The notes beneath the pieces are model-generated. The model had not been told where the DNA came from. It worked only from the letters and a program-made list of their open reading frames with translations, and searched no databases. The position numbers were made by a program, and so were the translations under genes. Shown here one piece after another: positions 29,327 through 37,840 of a stretch of DNA of 64,000 bases (position 1 is its first letter; each line of letters starts with the position of its first letter). The stretch is taken from the NCBI GenBank assembly GCA_045546695.1, contig JAZQDE010000049.1:7288-71287 (forward strand). Direction: 5' to 3'. This stretch comes from Clostridia bacterium. GTDB taxonomy: Bacteria > Bacillota > Clostridia > UBA1212 > UBA1255.

Positions 29327-31486
29327 TCAGGCGTTGTAGTATTTATGGTACAAATACACAGGAATTGCACTCCAGCCGTGGCATAAACTGCCCGCATTAT
29401 CAAAATCCCACGCGCCGTTTTCTGTTTCCCAGAAAGAAGTAGCACCGTTAAAGAGCATATTTCCCCATTTTTGGGCAATCTGGTCGTATACAAAATCAGA
29501 ATACGTATCTCCAAGCATCAGAAGCGCTTCATATTTGAATATAGAAGCACTGAGGCTCGTATCAATCATAGAATCATCGTATGCGAGTTTATCAGCAACT
29601 ATCATGACTTTGTCCTTTGGCACAAGACCTGCGTAAAGAGCAAGTGCATTTGCAAGTTTGCAATAATGATCTGCCTGTTTTCCGTTGACAATAAATGTAG
29701 TATAGCAGCGCTTTTCTTCATTCCAGAAAGTGGAATCAAAAGATTCTTTGATTCCCTCGCACAGCATCTCAAACCATGAAGCTTTTTCCATAAAATCTAT
29801 ATCCTCACTCGTATACGGGACAAGCATTTTTGTAAGCTTTGTCATCCGGTCGAGAGCAACCATATACAAGCAAGACAGCGGTGCATCATAATTGTCACGG
29901 TTATTTCTGTCGCGCACATCTGCCATATATCCGCCGCTGAGGCCGGGCATCCACTCATAAAATTCCCAACATGCTTTGTCGAACCACGGACCAACAAGAT
30001 CCCTGCCACCGGCTTTTCTCCAGAAAGTGGAAATAATCCGCTCTGCGCACGGCCACATTTCGAGACCGAAATCTGTGTCGCCGCTATATAAAACATATTC
30101 GTATAATTCAAGAATCCATTGGAGTGAAAATGACGGTATAGTTATGTGAGATTTTGCCGGTGCACATATTTCAAGAAGACCGCTCGGAAGCTGGCTTAAG
30201 CTAAGGAGCTTTATGCTCGCCTTTGGCATATCAAACTCTTCAAAAGCATAATATCCGCAAAGAATCTGATTGCGCGAATCCATCGCATATAAGGCCTGCT
30301 CTCTCCACGGGGTGTCTTCGTAATGCTCGTGCATACAAAGTCTCAGAGTATCTACACAAACATCATAAATTTTATTTTGTAAATAGTCAGCGCTGTCAAG
30401 GCGTCTGATCTTTTTCACAGGATAAACTGTCGGCAGTACGCCTGCGTAATAAAGGTCAAAGTTGCCACTTTCTACCAGAAGTTCGATATATCTGAGTCCG
30501 AATCTCTTATTGTATTGTGTGAAATGTTCTATCCCCTCACCAGAGCAAGTATATTTGCAGGCAAAACATCTGCCGCCCACACTGCTTCTTACCCTCAGGT
30601 CATCTAAGTGTTCTCCGTAACCAATATTTACCACTGTGCCACGGTCAGCTTCTATAACGAGGTCAAATACGCCTGCCGTTTCTTTTCCGAGGTCGATTAT
30701 AAGATATACACCGTCATCGCAGTCACAATTAACAGAAAATGGCTTTTCACCATCTAAAACAAACGGAGCCGCACCTGAGCCGGGAGCTACCATGCCAAGC
30801 TCACGCGCAGATAAATACGCACGCTGCATTTTTTGTGCCGTAGTATCGCCCGGTGCATTGTCTGCATGCATGAAAACGCCCTGCGCAACAATTTTTGCCA
30901 GTGGTCTACCTTCGATAACAAGCTTCGGTATCGGTCTTGGGTTCATTCTCATAGGCCTGCCAACCACGACTGCTTTTTGCCAGTTATTGTCTGCAGATTT
31001 TGTTGCGTCATATTCAAAAGCATAACCGAGCTGACCTGTAATCCTCTCCATAGGACCATTTCTGTATTCTTTTGCAACTGCGCACTCTACATTGGTGTCG
31101 CTGCTGAGAATGATTGTATTCCCTTCTGACAAGGTAAAGAGCAAGCCGGCTCTTCCGGTAATATATGTAAAAGAGCTCTGTCCCTGGTAATACGCAAGAA
31201 TGTACACTTTGTTTTCACCGGGAATGACATAATCTGTCACATCAAGTGTGTCATAACACTTGTACTCCGGAAAATCGGCATATTGACCATAGTCTACAAA
31301 ACGGTCGTTAATCCACAACGCGTACTGGCTGTCTGCGCTGATTCTGAAAGTGTATTGGGTGTTTTCATCAATCTCTTCACCTATAATAAACGATGTTCTG
31401 AAATGAACGTACAGATTTTCATTTATATCATATCCGTCGGCTGTCCATATCCATTTGCAGTCAGTATTATTCATGAATTCACCCAC
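29327..31486 (-). CDS. alpha-L-rhamnosidase-like glycoside hydrolase (GH78-like), cytoplasmic
   Basis: 719 aa with no signal peptide. The N-terminus is KWIWTADG...LYVHFRTSF. A central concanavalin-like region is followed by a C-terminal six-hairpin domain ending LCHGWSAIP, a pattern seen in the bacterial rhamnosidase family. Confidence 0.6.
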   Translation of the reverse strand: MGEFMNNTDCKWIWTADGYDINENLYVHFRTSFIIGEEIDENTQYTFRISADSQYALWINDRFVDYGQYADFPEYKCYDTLDVTDYVIPGENKVYILAYYQGQSSFTYITGRAGLLFTLSEGNTIILSSDTNVECAVAKEYRNGPMERITGQLGYAFEYDATKSADNNWQKAVVVGRPMRMNPRPIPKLVIEGRPLAKIVAQGVFMHADNAPGDTTAQKMQRAYLSARELGMVAPGSGAAPFVLDGEKPFSVNCDCDDGVYLIIDLGKETAGVFDLVIEADRGTVVNIGYGEHLDDLRVRSSVGGRCFACKYTCSGEGIEHFTQYNKRFGLRYIELLVESGNFDLYYAGVLPTVYPVKKIRRLDSADYLQNKIYDVCVDTLRLCMHEHYEDTPWREQALYAMDSRNQILCGYYAFEEFDMPKASIKLLSLSQLPSGLLEICAPAKSHITIPSFSLQWILELYEYVLYSGDTDFGLEMWPCAERIISTFWRKAGGRDLVGPWFDKACWEFYEWMPGLSGGYMADVRDRNNRDNYDAPLSCLYMVALDRMTKLTKMLVPYTSEDIDFMEKASWFEMLCEGIKESFDSTFWNEEKRCYTTFIVNGKQADHYCKLANALALYAGLVPKDKVMIVADKLAYDDSMIDTSLSASIFKYEALLMLGDTYSDFVYDQIAQKWGNMLFNGATSFWETENGAWDFDNAGSLCHGWSAIPVYLYHKYYNA

Positions 31487-32640
31487 TCCTTTATTTTTTC
31501 AATCGCTGTTTTTATATGTTCAATTGAGTATGCATAAGAAACTCTTACGAAGCCCTCGGCATTTTCACCAAATGCTGTGCCGGGTACGAGTGCGACTTTT
31601 TTGTCCATGAGCAAACGCTCGCAGAATTCGTCGGACGTCATGCCTGTCGACTTTATGCACGGGAAACAGTAAAAGGCGCCTTGTGGTTCAAAGCATGTAA
31701 ATCCCAGTTTGTTGAAGCTGTCTACTATGTATCTGCGTCTGTAATTATATTCTTTACGCATCATGTCGATGTCGTCGTCTCCGTAGCGGATTGCTTCTAT
31801 AGCCGCATATTGGCTCGTGGTCGGTGCGCACATAATCGCATATTGGTGAAGTTTGACAAATTGTTTTACAAATGCAGATGACGCACACAAGTAACCCATG
31901 CGCCAGCCTGTCATAGAATATGCCTTTGAAAAGCCGTTTACGAGGATAGTCCTCTCCTTCATGCCATCTAACTGTGCAATCGAAACGTGGCCCTCTTGTG
32001 TGTAATTAAGTTCTGCATATATTTCATCAGAAAGAACTGCAATATTTGTCTCTCTGAGGACATGCGCTATAGCCTCAAGGTCTTCGCGGTCCATAATCGC
32101 ACCTGTTGGATTGTTAGGAAATGGGAGAACGAGAAGCTTGGTTTTCGATGTAATGGCAGCCTTGAGATCTTTTGCAGTCAGTTTGAAGTTGTTTTCCTCT
32201 TTAAGGTAAACCGGCACAACAGTCGCGCCACAAAGCTGAGCAATCGGCTCGTAGCAAACAAAGCAAGGAAAAGGAATTATTACTTCGTCTCCGGGTGTAA
32301 TAATCGCGCGCATGCAAAGGTCAATCGCTTCGCTGCCACCGACAGTAACAAGTATATTGTCGTCGGGATTGTATTCGAGTGAAAATTTTCTCATCAGATA
32401 TTCTGATATAGCGCGTCTTAATTCAGCAAGTCCGGCATTCGACGTATATTGAGTGCGGTTGCCTTCGAGCGAACGGATGCCTGCGTCGCGTACGTGCCAC
32501 GGCGTCGGAAAATCAGGTTCGCCTACACCAAGAGAGATGACACCTTCCATTTGATTTGCTATATCAAAAAATTTACGTATCCCCGACGGCTTTATATTTG
32601 TAAGAGTCGGGCTTAATAATAAATCAGGATTGAAATTCAA
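31471..32640 (-). CDS. class I/II pyridoxal-phosphate aminotransferase (AspC/PatA-like)
   Basis: 389 aa. PLP-lysine motif SKAYSMTGWRMGY. The N-terminus has the IKPSGIRKF substrate motif. Confidence 0.85.
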   Translation of the reverse strand: MNFNPDLLLSPTLTNIKPSGIRKFFDIANQMEGVISLGVGEPDFPTPWHVRDAGIRSLEGNRTQYTSNAGLAELRRAISEYLMRKFSLEYNPDDNILVTVGGSEAIDLCMRAIITPGDEVIIPFPCFVCYEPIAQLCGATVVPVYLKEENNFKLTAKDLKAAITSKTKLLVLPFPNNPTGAIMDREDLEAIAHVLRETNIAVLSDEIYAELNYTQEGHVSIAQLDGMKERTILVNGFSKAYSMTGWRMGYLCASSAFVKQFVKLHQYAIMCAPTTSQYAAIEAIRYGDDDIDMMRKEYNYRRRYIVDSFNKLGFTCFEPQGAFYCFPCIKSTGMTSDEFCERLLMDKKVALVPGTAFGENAEGFVRVSYAYSIEHIKTAIEKIKEWVNS

Positions 32641-33116
32641 AATGACACCGCCTGTCTTTCGTCTTTAGAAGGAGTCTCAAAAAGCATACCGTCTTGTTTG
32701 TATTTTTTTAAAACAAAGTGTGTGGCTGTGCTTATTACTGTGTCCATCGGAGCCAGTTTTTGGGCAACAAACAGTGCTACTTCTGTAAGAGTTCTGCCTT
32801 CAATTATGAGCGCGATATCGTATCCGCCTGACATAAGATATACAGACTTAACCTGTTCATACTGGTAAAAACGCTCTGCAATCTCGTCAAAGCCTCTTCC
32901 AAATTGTGGAGTTACCTTTACTTCGATAAAAGCCGTAACAAATTCACGGGCAGTCTTCTGCCAGTTGATAATCAATTTATTGCCAACAATAACACCGGCT
33001 TTTTTATATTCTTCTATCTCCGCGCTGATTTCTCCGGCGCTTCTTCCGAGCATTACCGCCATCTCGTCTATAGTTAATTCACTGTGCTTATCAAGCAGAT
33101 CAAGTACACCTTCCAT
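32637..33116 (-). CDS. Lrp/AsnC-family transcriptional regulator
   Basis: 159 aa. N-terminal HTH LDLLDKHSELTIDEMAVMLGRSAGEI. The C-terminal RAM/AsnC_trans domain has the FxxVKV pattern. It overlaps the aminotransferase start by 4 nt. Confidence 0.8.
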   Translation of the reverse strand: MEGVLDLLDKHSELTIDEMAVMLGRSAGEISAEIEEYKKAGVIVGNKLIINWQKTAREFVTAFIEVKVTPQFGRGFDEIAERFYQYEQVKSVYLMSGGYDIALIIEGRTLTEVALFVAQKLAPMDTVISTATHFVLKKYKQDGMLFETPSKDERQAVSF

Positions 33117-33216
33117 AAAAAACTCTCCTTATTCATAATTGCATTTATTATATCTCTGATTTATAATAATTAAAAGCCCTTTTTCACAGGCCTTTATTTA
33201 CAAAAAGGAGTTTTTT

Positions 33217-33990
33217 ATGCACACAAAGAGAATTATTCCATGTCTTGACGTCAAAGACGGCCGCGTTGTGAAGGGTGTCAATTTTGTTAACCTGATTGAT
33301 GCGGGCGATCCTGTTGAGTGTGCCAAGGTTTATGATGCACAGGGCGCAGACGAATTAGTCTTTCTTGACATCACTGCCTCTTCTGATGCACGCGCAACAA
33401 GACTTGACATGGTGAAAAGAATTGCAGAAAATATTTTCCTTCCTTTTACAGTCGGAGGCGGCATCAGAACGAGTAATGATATTCGTGATACGCTACTTGC
33501 CGGTGCTGACAAGGTCGGTATTAATTCTGCTGCGCTGAAGAACCCGGATTTAATCGCCGACGGTGCATACCGCTTTGGTAGTCAGTGTATCGTCGTTGCG
33601 ATAGATGCAAAAAGACGTTATGATTCTTTAGGCAACATAGTTGGCTACGATGCGTATCTGAACGGTGGCCGTGTAAATACAGGTATTGATGCTGTAAAAT
33701 GGGCAATAAAATGTGCCGAACTTGGTGCCGGTGAGCTTCTGCTTACGAGTATGGATTGCGACGGCACAAAGAGCGGATACGACATTGAGCTTACAAGAAT
33801 TGTCAGCGACAACGTCGGCATTCCCGTTATCGCATCAGGTGGCGCCGGCACAATGGAACATTTTTACGATTGTTTCACAAATGGACACGCCGAGGCTGTG
33901 CTGGCAGCTTCACTTTTTCACTTTAAAGAACTGGGTATTCCCGAGCTCAAAAAATATTTGAGCGACAAAGGTATTCCCGTGAGAATATGA
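33217..33990 (+). CDS. hisF: imidazole glycerol phosphate synthase cyclase subunit
   Basis: 257 aa. [26 protein letters not shown]...DPV matches the canonical HisF TIM barrel. AAAAAGGAG sits 7 nt upstream. Confidence 0.9.
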   Translation: MHTKRIIPCLDVKDGRVVKGVNFVNLIDAGDPVECAKVYDAQGADELVFLDITASSDARATRLDMVKRIAENIFLPFTVGGGIRTSNDIRDTLLAGADKVGINSAALKNPDLIADGAYRFGSQCIVVAIDAKRRYDSLGNIVGYDAYLNGGRVNTGIDAVKWAIKCAELGAGELLLTSMDCDGTKSGYDIELTRIVSDNVGIPVIASGGAGTMEHFYDCFTNGHAEAVLAASLFHFKELGIPELKKYLSDKGIPVRI

Positions 33991-34010
33991 TTATTTTATG
34001 AGGAGAATGA

Positions 34011-35137
34011 TGAAAATGGCAAGAAAGTTTTTCACATCAGAATCAGTTACAGAAGGACATCCCGATAAGATCTGCGATACTATCGCTGACCGTATTCTGG
34101 ATGCTATTATAAGCGATGACCCTACTGCAAGAGTTGCCTGTGAGGTTACTGCTGCGACAGGACAAATCCTTATTATGGGAGAGATCACTACCACAACATA
34201 TGTGGATTTCCAGAAAATAGTAAGAGATACTGTTGTTGAGATTGGATACGATTCATCAGATCTCGGTTTTGACGGACATACGTGCGCAGTTCTTAATTGC
34301 GTACACGAACAGTCTCCCGATATTGCCCTTGGTGTTGATATTGAAGGCGCCGGCGACCAGGGTATGATGTTTGGTTATGCGTGTGACGAGACACCTGAGC
34401 TTATGCCACTTCCTGTCAGCCTTGCCCACAAATTATCATACAAGCTGACACAGGTCAGGCGCGACGGCATTCTCCCCTACCTGCGTCCGGATGGAAAGTC
34501 ACAGGTTACGATTGAATATGATGAAAACAACAAGCCAATCCGCGTAGAGGCAGTCGTTGTTTCAAGCCAGCATGCGGCTGACGTTGATATTGAAGTTCTT
34601 CGCAGGGACATCAAGGAGCACGTTATCAAGGCTGTTATTCCGGCTGAATTGATTGATGAAAATACTAAATTCTTTATAAATCCGACAGGCAGATTCGTGC
34701 TCGGCGGACCTTGCGCAGATTCAGGTCTTACAGGTCGTAAGATCATTGTTGATACGTACGGCGGCATGGGTCGTCACGGTGGCGGAGCTTTCAGTGGCAA
34801 AGATCCGACGAAGGTTGACCGTAGCAGTGCATATATGGCACGTCACATTGCAAAGAGTATCGTAGCTTCAAAGCTTGCCTCCAGATGTGAGATTCAGCTC
34901 AGCTACGCAATCGGCGTTGCAGAGCCTGTCAGTGTCCGTGTTGAAACTTTCGGCACAAATACTATTCCCGAGAGCGAGATTGAAGCGCGCGTTCTTGAGC
35001 GTTTTGATATGCGCCCGGCCTCAATTATCAAATATCTGAATTTGCGTACTCCTTTATATGCAAAGACAACAAACTACGGTCACTTCGGCAAAGAAAATCT
35101 TGGTCTTAAGTGGGAGGAGGTTGTTGATTTAAAATGA
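34011..35137 (+). CDS. metK: S-adenosylmethionine synthetase
   Basis: [22 protein letters not shown] and [16 protein letters not shown] are hallmark MetK motifs. The start is chosen 6 to 8 nt after AGGAGA at 34001. ATGs at 33998, 34008 and 34017 are alternatives. Confidence 0.9.
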
Positions 35138-36270
35138 GTGACATGAAGCGAATTGCCAGTTTTGACGTTAATCACGACGTGCTTAATCCCGGAATGTATA
35201 TTTCTCGCGTAGACGGTGATGTGGTAACGTACGACATTCGTTTTATCAAACCCAATACCCCACCTTATGTAAGTGTTGAAGCAGCTCACACAATTGAGCA
35301 TATTTTTGCTACATACGTGCGCAACAGCCGTTTTGCAGATAGTGTCGTTTATTTTGGTCCTATGGGTTGCATGACAGGTTTTTATCTGTTGTTGCGTGAC
35401 AGTGTATCATATGAAGACGCTATTTTACTCGTACGTGAAGCTCTGCAGTTTGTGGCAGATTTTGGTGCAGACAGCTGTGATGCGTCTCTCATTCCGGGTG
35501 TTTCGCGCATTGAATGCGGCAATTACCTTTCACATAACCTGGCGCAGGCACGTGCTCTTGCATCAGATATGGTTAAAGTTCTTGCCGGTTGGAATGTCGG
35601 TATGCTGAAATACCGCGGCCTTACTCTCATTCAGGGTGCAATGTTTGTTGAGATTGAAAAATTCCTTGAAAAGCGTGACTTTAAGGAAGTTTGTATTAAT
35701 GATTTCAAATTCTACGTTTCAGATGATCTCGTTATAAGTCTTACAGGAATTGGTATGACGAATGCTACAATTGCAACTGTTATTGCAATCAATGAATTCC
35801 ACCCCACTTGTATTATCAACCAGGGTACTGCCGGAGGACATACAGAGTACCTCCACGTCGGTGATTTTGTAGTTGCAGACAAGAGTGTCAATATCAATAT
35901 TAATTTTGGCAGCGATGATGATTCTATTCCTCTTGCCAATCAGTTCAAGTACTTTGACGCCGATGCTTCTCTCGTGAAAAAAATGGCAGAAGGTGCTGCC
36001 AAGCCTGACAATACGGGTCTTTTCACCGGTACAATCGGAAGCGGCGACGTATTCAACAAGGATGCAGAAAAAATCAATAAGGTAAATGCTATGTATGGTG
36101 AACTTGCCGAGGATATGGAAACGGCCGCAGTATTTGAAGTGTGTAAGCACTTTAACGTCCCTTGCGTGGGTATCCGTGTTATTTCAAACAATGAATTAAC
36201 AAAAGAAGCTTACGTGCGTGAGACTGCACATAAGCTTCAGCATTACGTTTACCAGTGTGTGGTAGATTAA
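35134..36270 (+). CDS. luxS-mtnN: bifunctional fusion of S-ribosylhomocysteine lyase (LuxS, N-terminal) with 5'-methylthioadenosine/S-adenosylhomocysteine nucleosidase (MtnN/Pfs, C-terminal)
   Basis: Residues 1-160 are [13 protein letters not shown] ... [12 protein letters not shown], which carry the LuxS metal-ligand motifs HxxEH and the Cys. Residues 165-378 are [32 protein letters not shown] and RVISN, the Pfs signatures in canonical order. There is one continuous frame with no internal stop. The start overlaps the metK stop (ATGA). Confidence 0.85.
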   Translation: MSDMKRIASFDVNHDVLNPGMYISRVDGDVVTYDIRFIKPNTPPYVSVEAAHTIEHIFATYVRNSRFADSVVYFGPMGCMTGFYLLLRDSVSYEDAILLVREALQFVADFGADSCDASLIPGVSRIECGNYLSHNLAQARALASDMVKVLAGWNVGMLKYRGLTLIQGAMFVEIEKFLEKRDFKEVCINDFKFYVSDDLVISLTGIGMTNATIATVIAINEFHPTCIINQGTAGGHTEYLHVGDFVVADKSVNININFGSDDDSIPLANQFKYFDADASLVKKMAEGAAKPDNTGLFTGTIGSGDVFNKDAEKINKVNAMYGELAEDMETAAVFEVCKHFNVPCVGIRVISNNELTKEAYVRETAHKLQHYVYQCVVD

Positions 36271-37751
36271 TTACCGTTATATAGATAATTTGATGCGAAA
36301 CGGGGCTCGACTGTCAGGTTGAGTCCTATTTTTTTGAGAATATGCTCATCTGTCGGATTGAGAATCGTAGTTGAGTGTGCCTCAAGGCCACGAAGCGTCT
36401 CAAGCTGAGCCAGAGCTTTTGCGGCATTATCATCTGATGCGGCGCATATCGTCAGGGCAATGAGAATCTCCTCAATGTTCAGAATAAGGTCCTTCTTACC
36501 ATTAAGGGACTCTTTGAGTTTAATAATCGGCGTCAGAACTTCCGGTGAAATGAGTAATAATTCATCGGGCATGTCTGCAAGTTTTTTGAGTGCATTAAGT
36601 ACGCTGCTGGCAGACGCTACCATAAGATCTGTGTCACGGCCTGTTACTATCGTGCCGTCGGGAAGTTCGATTGCAATAGCCTGCTTACCTGACTGTATGC
36701 GTTTGTCGGTCGCCGCTTTGACAACCAGTCTGTCTTCAGGCATAAGGTCAGCCTGCTGCATAATAATGCTTATCTTGTCTACTGTTTCAGCGTCTACGAG
36801 GCCCTGCACGTAGTCTGCCTGAATACGGTAATAACGCCTGATAATCTCATCTTTTGCAGCCTTGCATACAACGTCGTTGTCTACGATTGCATACCCTGCC
36901 ATATTTACGCCCATATCAGTCGGTGACTTGTATACGTCCTCTCCCAGGATCTTGTTGAGTATTGTCTTTACTACAGGGAATATTTCTATATCTCTGTTGT
37001 AATTTACTGTCAGCTCACCATATGATTCAAGATGATAAGGGTCTATCATGTTAACGTCGTTATGGTCTGCCGTTGCAGCCTCGTATGCAAGATTTACAGG
37101 GTGCTTGAGCGGGATATTCCATATTGGGAAAGTCTCAAACTTGGCATATCCGGCCTTGATTCCCCTCTTGTTTTCATGATACAGCTGTGAAAGGCACGTT
37201 GCCATTTTTCCGCTGCACGGGCCGGGAGCCGTAACGACTACGAGTTTACGTGTCGTGGGTATGTACTCATTTTTACCATAACCATCGTCGCTTACAATCA
37301 AATTAACGTTTGTCGGATAACCTTTTATCGGATAATGAAGATACGTATGTATGCCACGTCTTTCCAGTTTGTTCCTGAATTTGTCAACTGACGACTGACC
37401 GTTGTACTGTGTAATAACTACGCTGTCAATTTTCAGGTCGAGTTCGCGCATTGAGTCAATAAGTCTGAGCAGCTCAAGATCATAAGTAAGGCCTAAATCT
37501 GCGCGGATCTTGCTTTTTTCTATATCAGTTGCGTTGATACAGAATAATATTTCGCAAATATCCTTGAATTCGCAAAGCAGACGAATCTTGCCGTCGGCTT
37601 TGAATCCGGGCAGTACTCTTGCTGCGTGAAAATCATCAAATAGTTTTCCTCCAAATTCAAGATAGAGCTTATCTCCAAAGCGTTCTATGCGCTTTTTGAT
37701 CTGTTCAGTCTGTTTTTGCAAATACTTATTATTATCAAATCCTGTTTGCAT
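36267..37751 (-). CDS. UPF0371 / DUF1846 family protein
   Basis: 494 aa. KLYLEFGGKLFDDFHAARVLPGF and FETFPIWNIPLKHPVNLAYEAATADHNDVNMIDPYHLESYGELTVNYNRDIEIFPV match the conserved core of the Firmicutes UPF0371 family as I recall it. Its stop overlaps the stop of luxS-mtnN (convergent TTAA). Confidence 0.75.
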   Translation of the reverse strand: MQTGFDNNKYLQKQTEQIKKRIERFGDKLYLEFGGKLFDDFHAARVLPGFKADGKIRLLCEFKDICEILFCINATDIEKSKIRADLGLTYDLELLRLIDSMRELDLKIDSVVITQYNGQSSVDKFRNKLERRGIHTYLHYPIKGYPTNVNLIVSDDGYGKNEYIPTTRKLVVVTAPGPCSGKMATCLSQLYHENKRGIKAGYAKFETFPIWNIPLKHPVNLAYEAATADHNDVNMIDPYHLESYGELTVNYNRDIEIFPVVKTILNKILGEDVYKSPTDMGVNMAGYAIVDNDVVCKAAKDEIIRRYYRIQADYVQGLVDAETVDKISIIMQQADLMPEDRLVVKAATDKRIQSGKQAIAIELPDGTIVTGRDTDLMVASASSVLNALKKLADMPDELLLISPEVLTPIIKLKESLNGKKDLILNIEEILIALTICAASDDNAAKALAQLETLRGLEAHSTTILNPTDEHILKKIGLNLTVEPRFASNYLYNGN

Positions 37752-37840
37752 ACGATTTAATCCTGTTCTTCAAAATTATATTTGTTTGGCGTCCGACCAA
37801 CGTCTTCATATGATATCACTAAGCCGGCAAAAAAACAATG

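Noticed and set aside
29257-29514. ORF 29257..29514 (-) overlapping the 3' end of the GH78-like gene
   Set aside because: It is out of frame within or next to a strongly supported 719-aa CDS. There is no RBS and the sequence is low-complexity.
33117-33216. SAM riboswitch or T-box leaders upstream of metK, hisF, thrC or metA
   Set aside because: The available intergenic spaces are 20 to 100 nt, too short for those elements, and lack the conserved helices by eye. This still needs an Rfam scan.
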